The position numbers and the translations under genes were made by a program. Below, piece after piece: positions 37,630 to 50,539 of a stretch of 64,000 nt of DNA. The stretch spans positions 620,001 to 684,000 of the forward strand of contig JBODTK010000016.1 of assembly GCA_050613775.1 (NCBI GenBank), in the 5' to 3' direction. Position 1 is the first letter of the stretch. Every line of letters starts with the position of its first letter. The notes beneath the pieces are model-generated. The model saw only the letters and a program-made list of their open reading frames with translations. It made no database searches and was not told where the DNA came from. Source of the DNA: Neocallimastix sp. 'constans'. Its lineage: Eukaryota.

Positions 37630-38441
37630 GATCTTCTATTTTCTTCTAACTTTCCGGATTCCTCCATCTCAGCAAGTTCCTTATAAGAGTAAGGGCATGA
37701 CTTCATTATATGACCTAATTGATAGCATTTGTAACATCTAATTTCTTTGTTTTTATTAACTTTCTTGCTTTCAGTTTTTCCTGTTCTGTTTGATTGAATG
37801 CTCTTAACATCGTTCCTTCTTGACGAGTAATTACTTCTAAATAAACTAAATGGATGTTGGTGACTTCCTTTGTTAGCAGGATAAATGGTGGTGAAAACTT
37901 TATCACTAGAGAAATTTTTAGCGTTCGTCTCAGCTCTCTCGGCCAATTCAGCTTCCTCAAAGGCTTCTTCTAAGTCAACGCATTGGTTGGTAATCACTTG
38001 TGCCCTCGCATATGGTCTATACGAAATAGATTCAGCGTAATCATCTACGGTAATGAATTCTTGGTATAACCTTGGCAGATTGTTGTATAACTTCTTGTAC
38101 CTCCAGTTGAAGTTCTTAATAGTCTCGTTCTTTTTTATCTTTAGTTTTTGCAATCTTTTGCATTTCAACTGTGGGGTCACTTCTAATGCATCTTCCAGAG
38201 CCTTTTTCATTTGTTTAACATTAGGATAAACTTCTTCACCATCTTCGTTAATAGTAACCAAGTCTTGAAGGACACCTCGTAGCTTCCCTTCTACACACTC
38301 CATAGCCCAAGTATGTATTGAAGATGGAGTGTTAATATCTGCTAACTTCATAAGTCTAACGAATTTTTCCAACCAAGTGTCAACATCTTTGTCAGATTCA
38401 TCTAGTCTAGGTAAAAGATCTTCTAATTCCAATATTTTCAT
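37620..38441 (-). CDS. gag: Gag of family C
   Basis: 273 aa; CCHC knuckle CYKCYQLGHIMKSC; ends TCT TTA AAC TAA. Confidence 0.9.
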   Translation of the reverse strand: MKILELEDLLPRLDESDKDVDTWLEKFVRLMKLADINTPSSIHTWAMECVEGKLRGVLQDLVTINEDGEEVYPNVKQMKKALEDALEVTPQLKCKRLQKLKIKKNETIKNFNWRYKKLYNNLPRLYQEFITVDDYAESISYRPYARAQVITNQCVDLEEAFEEAELAERAETNAKNFSSDKVFTTIYPANKGSHQHPFSLFRSNYSSRRNDVKSIQSNRTGKTESKKVNKNKEIRCYKCYQLGHIMKSCPYSYKELAEMEESGKLEENRRSLN

Positions 38442-38592
38442 TATTAACTTTATGTTTATTACTAATTAAATATTATTATTATTATTACTCAATATATAAT
38501 TTTCTTTTTATATTTTTTTTGTTCTATTATTCATCCATCAATCTTTGAAATTTTCTAATTTTATAATCTTTTCATATTATTACTATTTTGGG

Positions 38593-38609
38593 TCCTGCAT
38601 AGCTCGCCA
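38593..38609 (-). promoter_or_regulatory. Primer binding site of C, probably tRNA-Arg (TGGCGAGCTATGCAGGA)
   Basis: TGG start 5 nt from the LTR; ..GCTCGCCA resembles tRNA-Arg(ACG) 3' ends. Confidence 0.7.
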
Positions 38610-39410
38610 GATTTTGGGACAACACAGGTAATTATTAAAATTTATTATAGTAATAATTTATTCGATTATATTTATTTATCTTTATTAAATAATTTTTTAT
38701 TTTTGAAAGAGAGAGTTTTTAATTATTTTATTTTCATAATTTCTTAAATATTTAATATTCTATCAATTTAATTTGTTAGTATTAAAAATTTTAATTTAAT
38801 TGGTTTCAAATTTATATATAAAATTATTATAAATCATTAATATAAATTATTATAAAATTTTAATATAAATTATCACAAGATTTTAATATAAAACTATTAT
38901 AGAATATTAATATAAAACTATTATAAAATATTAATTGTAACAAATCTTAATGTTACTTAAGATTGTTATAAGTTTTTTTACACAAAAGGTTCTCGACACT
39001 AAAGTAATTCAAAATATGTTTTATTAAAATAAGTTTTTTTTTTATTAGTAAAAATATAAATTATTATTTTATTAATTAATCATTGTAATATTTTAAATTA
39101 CTTTAAAATTAATTAATAAAAGCACAAGTAAAAATATTTTATTATGAAATTTTACACCTATTTATAGTTTTTCAGGAAAATTAATTATTTTAAGTTATCA
39201 GTTGTTATTAGTAATTATTAGAAATAAAAGAAAATTAAAGAAAATTAAAGAAAACAAGTTTTCTTTCTAGAAAATGAATCTTAGATAAAAAATGATAAAA
39301 AATATTAATAAAATAGATTTTTCTAGTTTTATCGGTTCAATTGTTTAACCGATAAACACTAGTAATTTCTTTAATATTCTAGTTATAATAAATAAAAAGT
39401 TATTAAAATT

Positions 39411-39483
39411 TGGAAAGAGTGGTTGTAGAACCCTAAGGGTTCAGCCCGATGGTTATGGTAACTTACCATTGAACCATAGTTAC
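39411..39483 (-). promoter_or_regulatory. tRNA-like Pol III internal promoter in LTR M copy 1
   Basis: A box TGGTTCAATGG at +8..18; degenerate B box GGTTCTACAAC at +52..62; CCA at +71..73, then T runs. Confidence 0.65.
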
Positions 39484-39498
39484 TAATTTACTAGTTAT

Positions 39499-40509
39499 TG
39501 GTAAAGAATGAATTAATAACCTTTATTTTATTATTAATAATTCTTTACTAAATTGTACTTTCCTATATTCTTCATAACCTAAACCTCATTGTAAATTTAA
39601 TTTATTTTGATATAAATTAATTTTAATTTGTAAATAATGTAAATAAATTTTAATTAATCACTTTATTGTTATATTATTAAATATATGTATATATTAAAAT
39701 ACAATTGTAAATATTAAAATTATACTTTTAAGATACTAAATTATTAAAAATATTAATTAAATATTATTATAAAAATTATTATAAAATTATTAAAATTATT
39801 AATTAAATATTATTCTAAAAATTATTATAAATTATTAATATTATAAAATTATTAAAATTATTAAATATTATTATAAAAATTTATTTATTATAACTATTAA
39901 ATATTATTATAAAATTATTAAGATTATTAATTAAATTTATTATTAAAAATTATTATTAAAAATTATTACTTATTATAAAAATTATTATTTAAATATTATC
40001 AAATTTATTAATTAAATATTATAAAAATTTTATTTTATTTTGAAAATAATTACAAGTATTATTTAAAATAATTAAAGATTATTAAATTTATTATATTAAT
40101 CTTTAAAAACAATTTATTTAACTTAAAAATATTAAAGAAAATAGTAAAAACTATTTTCTATATATTTATTTTATAATTATTTTTAATTAAATTATATTTG
40201 AATATTATATTATTATATTTATAAAAATTAAAACAAAAATGAATTATTGATATAAAATTAATTCAATAATTCTATAAAATTACTTAAATTATAAACAATT
40301 AATTATACTTTAAATTTATAAAAAAATATAAATATTGTAACAATTTCTTAAAAATTAAATATGTGTACTTTAAATAAAAAACTTTTATATTAATAAAAAA
40401 AAATAAATAATTTTTAATCAAGAATTATTTTTTTTAAAATCAAAGCAGGGTAATACCCGTCCCCCCCTGCTTGATTTTAAATATCTAAGTGTCAACCCCG
40501 AGTCTACCA
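39499..40509 (+). mobile_element. Solo LTR family J, inverted, inside M copy 1
   Basis: Reverse complement of 29635-30654; 4-bp TSD TTAT (39495-39498, 40510-40513). Confidence 0.93.
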
Positions 40510-40526
40510 TTATGAGTTTCGTTACA

Positions 40527-41048
40527 TGTGTAAAATATTTGTAAAATATTTAATAATTTGAATACGTATTTAAATGTAATGTAATATAAATTATTGTGGA
40601 TAAAAATGTTTTCCAAATTTTTAATATAAATTTAAATGTATTCCGAATTATTAATTTAAATAATTTTCTCAAAAATTTATGACTAAATTATTTGGAGAAT
40701 TTACGTAACAATTACTCAGTTGAATCACGAAACTTCATAAATTAAAAAATAATTAGTCATTAATTAGTTAAATTAAAATAATTAAAGGAATATTGCCTTT
40801 TCCGTTTGTTTACAAAAACTTGCCGTTTTGTTTACTTGTCTTTTAAATTATAGAAATTCTAAAAATAAAAATAGCAAGTTGTGGTTTAGTAAATTGGTTT
40901 TCACAACTTGGCAAAATTTAAATTAAATATATGGATAGAATATATTTAATCATATAATTAATGAATTAAACTCTAAATTTTCTTCATAGAAAATTTTAGA
41001 AAAATTAGATAGTTTTAAATAGGATTTATATTAAAATAATTCATAACA
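40527..41048. mobile_element. Probable truncated LTR fragment (family P)
   Basis: Ends ..CATAACA, five bases before a TG; contains hairpin caagttgtg/cacaacttg; single copy only. Confidence 0.35.
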
Positions 41049-41053
41049 TTTCA

Positions 41054-44000
41054 TGTAATTTATTATATAATGTAATTGATAATATAAAATAATATGTTTA
41101 TGTAATTTATTAAAATTTATTTTGATTTAAAACTTTATTTTGAAAAAGTATAAAAAGAGTTAATTTTTCAACTATTGAACGATAGTTGGAAAATCGTATA
41201 GAATAGGAAAATCGTATAGAATAGGAAAATTTAAATTTTATTATTAGTTTCGTAACTATTATTAGAATAGTTACTTTCTTATAAAACAATTATATTATAG
41301 TTTGTAAAACCTTAACTGCTAGTGGGAACTCCGGAAAGGACCCTGCGTTACCCAGTTAAGTGGTTGTTGAAAATTAGTTAATAAATAAAATAAATAAATA
41401 AAAGAAATTAAAAAAGAAAATAATTAATTAAATAATAGAGGTTTAAGATATAGTGTTATTAGTGTAGTAAAGTTAGTTTAGAATAGCCACAAACCTAGAC
41501 TTGATAAGTATTTTATTTTACAACATGGTCCTCCTCTAGGATTCGGATACCAGACGAATCTCAAAACTAGGCTAAACTATACTAAGAAAATTTTATTTAA
41601 TTATTTTAATATATAAATTATTTTAATAGTTATTTGGTGTAAAATTTCAATACATGATAAACATAAAAATACATTATTAATAATAAGGTTACATGAATTT
41701 AAATAATATTTATATTAATAAGTAAAAATAATAAAGATTATTGATATTGATATTAATAGAAATAAATTTGATATTAATAAATATAAATTTTTGTATAATT
41801 AATATTATAGATTCATTTTCTAAATATAAGTTTATTTGTTTGATTTATTAAATTTTTTGAGTATTTCTGGACAGTTGAGGTTTTCTTCCGGTTCCCAAGA
41901 TGCTTCAGATAAAGGATATCCTTTCCACTTAATAAGATATTGAATCTTTCCATAATGTTTTCTTTTATCAAGTATTTCTTCTACTTCATATTCTTCTTCA
42001 TCATTAACTATAATTGGAGGTGGAGGTTCCTTTTTTCTTTTAAAATTGTCTTTGTAGTATGGCTCAAGTTCTGATACATGGATAATTGGGTGTATTCTTA
42101 TATTTTTTGGAAAATCAATTTTGTATGTTACTGGAGAGACTTTTTCAATTATTTTATAAGGTCCTAACTTTCTTGGTTTTAATTTTTTATTTTTATTTCT
42201 TAATATGAGTGAACTGTTTATCCAAACTTTGTCGTTTACTTTGAATTCAGGTGCTTTAATTCTGTGTTGGTTGGCGAATTTTTCTTGTTTATTTCTTGCT
42301 TGTTTTAAATTTTCTTTTAATTGTTTGAAAAGTTTCGCTAAGTTTGTTGTAAATTCTTCAGCACGCGGAACATCAATAGAACTTGGCACAGCTGGTGAGA
42401 AGCGAGGGTTGTAACCATAATTTGCGTAGAAAGGTGATTTATTTAATGATTCTTGAATAGAATTGTTGTAGCAGAATTCAGCAAGGAATAGATAATTATG
42501 CCAATTTGAACCTTTAAAATTAGAGTAACATCTGAGAAATTGTTCTACAACGGAGTTCACCCTCTCCGTTAAACCGTTAGTTTGATGGTGAAAGGGAGAA
42601 GAAAGTTTCATTGAGATATTGAGAGTTTTGCAAATAGAAGTCCAGAATTTAGAAGTGAATTGAGTACCTCTATCGGAAAGAATTTCATTTGGTAATCCAT
42701 GAAGTCTGAAAATATGAGTCATGAATGCCTTAGCAGTATCTTCATAAGAAGGAACGTTAGGAAATGGGATGAAGTGACCCATTTTTGTGAATCTATCGAG
42801 AACAACAAAAATACAAGTATATCCATTAGATGAAGGGAGATCAGTGATGAAATCCATGGAAAGCGAAGTCCAAGGTCGGTCAGGAATTTCTAGTGGGTTC
42901 AGAAATCCATAAGGTTTGTGTCTAGAATCCTTTGAACGACAACAGATTTCATAAGATTTAATATAGTCTTTAATATCTTTTTGCATAGATGACCACCAAA
43001 AGTCACGATTGATTAAGGAGAAAGTTTTCTTGAAACCAAAATGACCAGCAGATGGGGAGTCATGACAGATATTTAATACGGAAGAACGACAGTTAAGGGG
43101 AACATAAATTTTTCCATCAAAGAGTAAGAAGTTGTTGCTTAAAGAAAATTTAATAGATTCTGGGAAGTCTTCTTTAAAGTTGAGTTTTTTGCAGATTTCA
43201 TTATAATATTTATCTTTCTTGTATTCATGGAGTATTTGATCATTTAAAGAGGCAATGGAAGTGGTAGCGCAAAAATTTTCAGGTTTTAAGACGTTGAAAG
43301 GAATGTCAGAGGACAGTTCTTCTTCATTTGATGCATAATCAGGTCTTCGAGAAAGTGCATCAGGTTTACCATTAGCAGATCCTGCACGATAAGTGATTTT
43401 GAAGTTAAATTCTGATAAGAAAAGAGCCCAACGAACAAGTCTTTGTGACATTTTCTCGGGTTTCTTTTGGTATAAAAGGTTACGATGGTCAGAGAAAATA
43501 GTGAATGGGATTGAAGTTCCTTTTAAGAGATGTCTCCATTGTTCTAAAGCTTCAACGATTGCTAAAAGTTCTTTATCATAAATTGGGTAGTTTTTCTCAG
43601 CAGCAGTAAGAGATCTTGAGAAGAATGCAATAGGATGAATTTTATTGTCCTTTTGAGAAGCTTGGGAAAGTATAGCGCCAATAGCAAAATTACTACTATC
43701 TGTTTCGACAAGAAAGGGTAAATCACGATTTGGGTATGCGAGTACAGAATCAGAAGAAAATTTGGATTTTAAATCGTCAAATGCTTTTTGAGTTTCAGAT
43801 GTCCAAACGAATTTCTCATTTTTCTTCAAAAGTGAATGAAGTGGATGTGTTAAAGCCGCAAATCCTGGAATAAAACGTCTGTAATAGTTGGCAAGTCCTA
43901 AGAAGGATTGGAGTTGTTTTATATCAGTGGGAACAGGCCATTCAAGAATAGAGGAAACTTTTTTAGGGTCCATAAGGATACCATCAGAGGAAATTCTATG

Positions 44001-45134
44001 TCCAAGGAAATCCAAATAGGGAATGCAAAATTCACATTTCTCGAGTTTAGCGTACAAACCGGCTTTTCTGAGTTTTGAAAGAACTTTAATAAGATGTTCA
44101 TAGTGTGTTTCTAAGTCAGGAGAGAAAATTATAATATCATCAATGTAACAAAAGACAAATTTTCCGAGAAAGTCTTCGAGAACGTCATTGATAAAGTGTT
44201 GGAATACGGCAGGAGCATTCTTCAGACCGAAAGGCATAACTAAGTATTCAAAATGACCATATTTGCAGTTAAAAGCTGTTTTGTACTCATCTCCTTCTTT
44301 TATTCTGACAAGATTATAGGCAGATCGAAGATCGAGTTTTGAAAAGACTTTTCCTTTGGCAAGGTGTTCGAGCATGTCATTGATTAATGGCAAAGGGTAA
44401 GAATCGCGAATTGTAATATCGTTCAAATGTCGGTAGTCAACAACCATCCTTAATTCACCATTCTTTTTAAGTACAAAGAAAACGGGTGCACCAGCAGGGG
44501 ATTTTGATTTTCTTATGAATCCTTTTGCTAACATTTCATCTATATATTCTTTAAGTGTAGTAGATTCTTTTTCTGTTAAAGGGTAAATAGGTCCATAGAA
44601 AAGAACAGTATTAGGCATAAGTTTTATTTCACAATCATAAGGTCTATGGGGAGGTAATTCATTCGCATATATTTCGCTAAAGACATCCTTAAATGGAAGT
44701 AATTTCTTTGGTAACGATTTATTTATTTTATTACTTTCTTTATCTTCTTCTTCTTTATCATTCTTTTTAATAGTATTTAAAGGAACATAAGTAGTGAAGG
44801 CGCTTGGAAGTACAAGACAATTGGAAATACAATAGTTGGATTTGAAAGAGAGTTCTTTTGAGGCAAAGTCTATAGTGGGATTATGAGTTTCTAGCCAGTC
44901 AATGCCTAAAATAGCACAATACGAAGGAAGGTCAACAACATAGAAACTTGTTTTACATATATGGTTTTTATATTTTAAGGATATTGGTGCAGTTTTACCT
45001 ATGATTGACTGAATACCGCCGATTCCAGATACATTAGGGAGATTACATTCACTAGAGTAAGGAATATTGTTTTCTTTTGCGAAGTATACATCCATTAAAT
45101 TAAGTTGAGAGCCGCAGTCCAGAAGAATTTAAAC
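41054..45134 (-). mobile_element. Chromovirus-type Gypsy element family D, 5'-truncated (putative 3' LTR 41054-41525)
   Basis: PPT agaggaggacca (41526-41537) followed by TGTTGTA; far LTR boundary is inferred. Confidence 0.8.
41832..45128 (-). CDS. pol: Pol of D: PR-RT-RH-IN-chromodomain
   Basis: ILLDCGS just upstream of the ORF-track start; YIDD; TDSS; GPY; C-terminal [28 protein letters not shown] chromodomain. Confidence 0.93.
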   Translation of the reverse strand: MLLDCGSQLNLMDVYFAKENNIPYSSECNLPNVSGIGGIQSIIGKTAPISLKYKNHICKTSFYVVDLPSYCAILGIDWLETHNPTIDFASKELSFKSNYCISNCLVLPSAFTTYVPLNTIKKNDKEEEDKESNKINKSLPKKLLPFKDVFSEIYANELPPHRPYDCEIKLMPNTVLFYGPIYPLTEKESTTLKEYIDEMLAKGFIRKSKSPAGAPVFFVLKKNGELRMVVDYRHLNDITIRDSYPLPLINDMLEHLAKGKVFSKLDLRSAYNLVRIKEGDEYKTAFNCKYGHFEYLVMPFGLKNAPAVFQHFINDVLEDFLGKFVFCYIDDIIIFSPDLETHYEHLIKVLSKLRKAGLYAKLEKCEFCIPYLDFLGHRISSDGILMDPKKVSSILEWPVPTDIKQLQSFLGLANYYRRFIPGFAALTHPLHSLLKKNEKFVWTSETQKAFDDLKSKFSSDSVLAYPNRDLPFLVETDSSNFAIGAILSQASQKDNKIHPIAFFSRSLTAAEKNYPIYDKELLAIVEALEQWRHLLKGTSIPFTIFSDHRNLLYQKKPEKMSQRLVRWALFLSEFNFKITYRAGSANGKPDALSRRPDYASNEEELSSDIPFNVLKPENFCATTSIASLNDQILHEYKKDKYYNEICKKLNFKEDFPESIKFSLSNNFLLFDGKIYVPLNCRSSVLNICHDSPSAGHFGFKKTFSLINRDFWWSSMQKDIKDYIKSYEICCRSKDSRHKPYGFLNPLEIPDRPWTSLSMDFITDLPSSNGYTCIFVVLDRFTKMGHFIPFPNVPSYEDTAKAFMTHIFRLHGLPNEILSDRGTQFTSKFWTSICKTLNISMKLSSPFHHQTNGLTERVNSVVEQFLRCYSNFKGSNWHNYLFLAEFCYNNSIQESLNKSPFYANYGYNPRFSPAVPSSIDVPRAEEFTTNLAKLFKQLKENLKQARNKQEKFANQHRIKAPEFKVNDKVWINSSLILRNKNKKLKPRKLGPYKIIEKVSPVTYKIDFPKNIRIHPIIHVSELEPYYKDNFKRKKEPPPPIIVNDEEEYEVEEILDKRKHYGKIQYLIKWKGYPLSEASWEPEENLNCPEILKKFNKSNK

Positions 45135-48100
45135 TATTAAGATTAAATAAAAATTAAAATAAAAATTAAAATAAAAATAAGAATTTAATACTTATCTTTA
45201 AAATTAGAGCTTATTATAAGAAAATATAATAGATCTTAAATGAATGAGAAATAAAATATGTTTTTATCAAAAGAACTTTATTAATCTATTTTATTATTAA
45301 ATATTTTATTATTTTTTTTGACAAATTTTAAAATAACTATTTTATATTAATTGAAATATTAATGTCTTTTATTGTTATTATATTTTTCTTAAAATAATAA
45401 CTCTTGATTTTCTAAAGACGAAAATCAACAGCTATTTATATTTTTACAAAAATAAATGTATTTTTCTAATCTTAACAATGATTCTTTCCAGAAAAAGATT
45501 AGAAGAAAAAACTGGAAAGATTTTTGATCAATAATCTATACTTATTGATCATCGTGTTATTAAATAAAACCAATTATAATTAATCGGAAAAACTTTAATA
45601 ACCGATTTTAATAACTAAAAGAATTAAAAAGAAAAAGGATAAAAAAGAGAAGGATAAAATAATGCAGAAATTTTATTAAATACATTTTTTCTATGAAATA
45701 ATACAGAAGTTATATTAAATACATTTTTTCATATAACAATTAATACATTAATTGGTATAATTGTTTTTAAATGAAATAAATTTTTTTAAAGAATAATAAT
45801 TATGAAATAATTATTAATTAATAAGAAATAGAAATAAATTATAAAAATTTATATCAATTTCTTACATTGCACCTCCTTATGATGCATCCACTAGTTCCGG
45901 ATTTCTTTTTGTATAAGGCTCCAACTGGGAAACATGAAATACCGGATGTAAATGTAGATTTTCTGGCAAATCTAAACGGTAATTCATTCTCTCCCTCACT
46001 TCCAAAACTCTAAACGGCCCAAGATATTGTGAAGAAAGTTTTTTGGATGGCTCATTTGTAAAATAATATCTTTTTAGCCATACAAAATCATTTACTTTGA
46101 ATGAAGGTCCTGTAGCTTTCTTCGAATCTCCAAACTTCTTAAAATTTTCTTTAGCTTTTTGTAAGTGTCTCTTCAATGCTTCGAAATGTGAGGACCAATC
46201 CCTGGTTAAAGCGGAAGCATTATCCTTTAGAAGAACAGGAGGCGACTCTATAGTACAGGAAGGATTAAAGCCATAATTAGCAAAGAATGGTGATTTACCT
46301 ATGGACTTATGCAGGGAGTTGTTATAGGCCATTTCACATAAAGGAACATAATAACACCATTCATTTTGGGACGTTGAACAATAACATCGGAGATACTGCT
46401 CAATTACTGAATTTGCACGCTCAATTTGTCCATTGGATTGTTGATGGTGAGCTGTGGCAAGTCTTGGATTAGCGTTAATAGCAGAGCACAACGAAGTCCA
46501 AAATTCTGATGAAAATTGAGAACCATGGTCCGAAACAATTATTTTAGGGAATCCATGGTAGCGAAAAACATTGAATAGAAGCATTTTGGCCGTCAGATCA
46601 GCGGAGGGAACATCAGAACAAGGGACAAGGTGAATCATTTTGGTCAGATGGTCAGCTACAACCATTAAACATGTACAATCTTGCGAACTGGGAAGTGAAG
46701 TGATAAAGTCAACGCCAATTATTTCCCAAGGTCTACTGGGAACCGGTAAAGGTTGTATTTTACCATATGGCTTGTGTCTTCGGAGCTTATTTCTTCCACA
46801 AACATCGCATGAGGATATGTAATTCTTGATGTCTTTTTTCATATTTGGCCACCAATAATTTCTTCTTAATTTTTCAAAAGTTTTATCTACTCCTTGGTGA
46901 CCATTAGTTGGACCATCATGATACATATTCAATACCTTGGCCTTGAGTGAAGAAGGGACAATTATTCGGTTCTGAAAATGCAGAACCCCTTCGACGATGG
47001 TAAAAAGCGAACTTTTTACTTCATTTGACCTTGTTTTAATTTTATTGAGTGTATCCTTACAGTATGTGTCAGACTTCTGAGCTTCAATTAAGGCTTTTAA
47101 GTTGTCAGAAGGTGCACAACAAAATATCTCTTCATCTAACAGAGGATAACCTTCATTGGTCGAATCCTTGTTGACGTAATCAGGGCGTCTTGATAAAGAG
47201 TCAGGTTTACCACTCTTAATACCGGAGCGAAATGAAATCCCATAAGTGAACTTTGAGAGAAAGAGACTCCATCTAATTTGTCTTTGGTTTAATTTTTGAG
47301 GTTGCTTAAAATATAACAGATTTCTGTGATCTGTGACTACTTGTACTGGGAATTTAGCACCTTCTAGGTGATGGCGCCAGGTTTCAAAAGCTACGATTAT
47401 TGCAAGTAATTCCTTGTCGTAAATAGTATAATTGATTTCAGAAGAAGACAAGGACCTAGAGTAGAAAGCAACCGGATGGAGTTTATTGTCTTTGTTACTA
47501 ATTTGAGATAAAACACAACCAACAGCGAAATTGCTAGCGTCCGTTTCTACAAAGAATTCTTTCTCTGGATCTGGATAAACTAGGATTTCTTCCGTCGTAA
47601 AAGCTTCTTTGAGTTTGTTGAAAGCATTGTCTGCCCTAACATCCCAAATGAAGGAAGAGTTCTTCTTCAAAAGCCGACGGAGAGGTTCAATGATCTCGGC
47701 AAAATTATTTATAAACTTCCTATAGAAGTTACAAAGTCCTAGAAACCCTTGGAGTTCTTTAATATTTTTTGGGATAGGCCAGTCGATAACAGCTTTAACC
47801 TTATTCTTGTCCATTGAAAGACCATTTACAGACACCACAAACCCTAAAAAAGTAGTTTCTTTAACATGAAAATCACATTTTTCCAATTTCACGTAAAGAC
47901 CATTTTTAATTAGAAGCGACAATATTTTACGAACATGTTGAATATGTTCGTCCAAACTTTTTGAATAAATTATTATATCATCCAAGTATACTTGAACAAA
48001 TATGCCAATTGCATCAGATAAAACATCTTGGATGAATCTTTGAAACACCGAGGGGGCATTTCTTAGGCCAAAGGGCATTACCAGATATTCAAATTGGCCT

Positions 48101-49979
48101 AAAGGTGTTCTAAAAGCAGTTAAATATTCATGACCTTCTTTAACGCGGACAAGGTTATACGCAGATCGAAGGTCCAAACGAGTGAATATTACTGCCCCCT
48201 TAAACGATTCAATCAAGTCAACCAATCTTGGGATAGGGTAGCTATTCCTAATTGTAATAGAATTTAATTTCCTATAATCAACGCAGAGTCGTAAGCTTCC
48301 ATCTTGTTTTTTTACAAACAGGACAGGGGCACCAGCAGGTGATTTTGACTTCCTTATAAACCCCTTATCTAAATTTTCTTTTAAATAGTTTTTAAGAGCT
48401 TCCATTTCGACAATCGTAAGAGAGTACACAGGTCCATAATATAATTGACCACCAGGGACTAGGTCAATTGATATATCATATTCACGATGTGGAGGCAATT
48501 TGTCTGCCTCTTTCTTTTCAAATACAATTTTCAAATCTTGATAGTATATGTTGATAATTTCATCTTTATCAGTTTCATTTACTAAAGCGGCGCAAATATC
48601 TATATCAAAAAGTTCGTCACCAGATATTGAGTATGTTTCTGTTTTATCTTTTGATACATTGTTGTTTTTGTTGTTTGGCAAAATTGCAGCAGTAACATCT
48701 TTAGAGTGAAAAATGAATTTATTCCCTTTTGCTGAAGGGCAGTGATTTCCGCAGTGGTTCTCTAAAAAGTAAATCTTATTATTTTTGAAATCTACGTATG
48801 GCATATGAATACTCAACCAATCTCTTCCAAGGATGGCTGATATTCCCTGAAGTTGTAAGGTAGCTACGTAGAATTCATAGCTTTCCTTGTGGTCCATGAA
48901 GGCAAGGCCTAATTTCTTCGTTACTTGTCTTATATTCATACTTTTGTTGTTCGGTAACTGAATGTTCAATGGTGAAGACAAGGTAGATAATTGAATTCTG
49001 TTGGCGTTTACAAAGTCTCTACAGATGTAACTTCTTGCAGAACCAGAATCAATAAGGACGTTTATTTTCATTTTCTTTCCATTATTATTTAATATAAATG
49101 TAGTGGTCATTGAATTTGAGGTGTTTGGTGTATAGTTAGCCGAAAGGATGCTTTCTTTGTTTTGATTTTTTCTGAATTTCTTGTGTACTTTGTTGTTCTT
49201 GAATTCCTGTTTTGGATGCTCATCTCTTTTTCTTTTTTGCGACTTGTTGGTTGACTTATTTGTTTTGGCTAGGTTGTTAATGAAACATTTTTTATCGATG
49301 CTGATGATTGAATTTGTTGCTTCAAAAAGGGTCTTTGGTCTTTCGATTTTATCGAACTCCAGACGAACCTCCTCAAGAAGGCCTCTCCGGATAAGGTCAA
49401 TAAAAACATCGTCGTTCCAACCAATTCTTGACGCTAATCTTCTGAATTCAATAGTAAAGAAAGCTGCCTTTCCGAGGTGAAGCTGTTTAAGGTTCAAAAG
49501 TTCTTCAATTAAAACAAACCTTTGTTCCTTTGTATCTCCAAAATTTTCTAACAATAACCTCTTAAATTCCTCATAGGTGAGAGAATTAAGTGTTCCATCA
49601 GCCTTGAGAGATAATCCCTATTTTTTAGCTGGTCCATAAAGTTTGCTGATAACGAAAGCGTTTCTAAAGTTGTCATTTGGGAACGAATTGGCATGTTCAT
49701 CAAAGAACAATTCACACTGTTCCGTTAGTTCGTTTAGATTAAGCTTTGTGTTGTCTTCATTGCGGGCCAACACACCGTTAGGTGAAAAAAATGTGGGAAT
49801 AAATTCGGTAATTGCAGAAATTAATTTTGACGCTTCAGCTTCCTTAGTAGCTTCCATACTGATTGAATTCATTAAAATACTAAATAGACTTTTTTAATAT
49901 AGATCTTTAAAATATCTTTAATATATCTTTAAAATATCTTTAAAATATCTTTAATATATCTTTAATATATTAATATAAT
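45135..49979 (-). mobile_element. Gypsy element family E inserted in D; 3' LTR ~45135-45866, 5' LTR lost
   Basis: PPT aaggaggtgcaa then TGTAAG at 45866; left LTR boundary is approximate. Confidence 0.85.
45877..49872 (-). pseudogene. Single-frame gag-pol of E with one premature TAG (49618-49620)
   Basis: ORFs 49618-49872 and 45877-49554 are in frame; LIDSGS, YLDD, TDAS, GPF; no chromodomain. Confidence 0.88.
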
Positions 49980-50539
49980 TGTAACAAATCTTAATGTTAC
50001 TTAAGATTGTTATAAGGTTTTTTACACAAAAGGTTCTCGACACTAAAGTAATTCAAAATATGTTTTATTAAAATAAGTTTTTTTATTAGTAAAAATATAA
50101 ATTATTATTTTATTAATTAATCATTGTAATATTTTAAATTACTTTAAAATTAATTAATAAAAGCACAAGTAAAAATATTTTATTATGAAATTTTACACCT
50201 ATTTATAGTTTTTCAGGAAAATTAATTATTTTAAGTTATCAGTTGTTATTAGTAATTATTAGAAATAAAAGAAAATTAAAGAAAATTAAAGAAAACAAGT
50301 TTTCTTTCTAGAAAATGAATCTTAGATAAAAAATGATAAAAAATATTAATAAAATAGATTTTTCTAGTTTTATCGGTTCAATTGTTTAACCGATAAACAC
50401 TAGTAATTTTTTTAATATTCTAGTTATAATAAATAAAAAGTTATTAAAATTTGGAAAGAGTGGGTGTCGAACCCTAAGGGTTCAGCCCGATGGTTATGGT
50501 AACTTACCATTGAATCATAGTTACTAATTTATTATTTAT
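49980..50539 (-). mobile_element. LTR family M copy 2, interrupted by element A2
   Basis: Near-identical to 38936-39498 and broken at the same nucleotide. Confidence 0.9.
50452..50524 (-). promoter_or_regulatory. tRNA-like Pol III internal promoter in LTR M copy 2
   Basis: A box TGATTCAATGG at +8..18; B box GGTTCGACACC at +52..62; CCA at +71..73, then TTTT. Confidence 0.7.

Larger units (their letters stand above)
33245..38935 (-). mobile_element. Ty3/Gypsy element family C (3' LTR 33245-33734; 5' LTR 38615-38935 truncated by M)
   Basis: Paired LTRs containing a ~24-bp tandem repeat; PPT ggcgtgggcatct; PBS; left flank TCTG. Confidence 0.93.
38936..40526 (-). mobile_element. Solo LTR family M copy 1, interrupted by a J LTR
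   Basis: TGTAAC..GTTACA termini; near-identical to 49980-50539; minus-strand TATAAATA (~39158-39165) and AATAAA give the orientation. Confidence 0.88.

Noticed and set aside
39411..39483. A true tRNA gene inside LTR M
   Set aside because: No acceptor or anticodon stem; only the promoter boxes and their spacing are tRNA-like
41524..41540. ATGGTCCTCCTC resembling the HDV ribozyme
   Set aside because: Better explained as the reverse complement of the D polypurine tract; no HDV pseudoknot pairings
49618..49620. Programmed stop-codon readthrough in E
   Set aside because: The TAG lies early within gag, where TGG (Trp) fits; a point mutation is simpler
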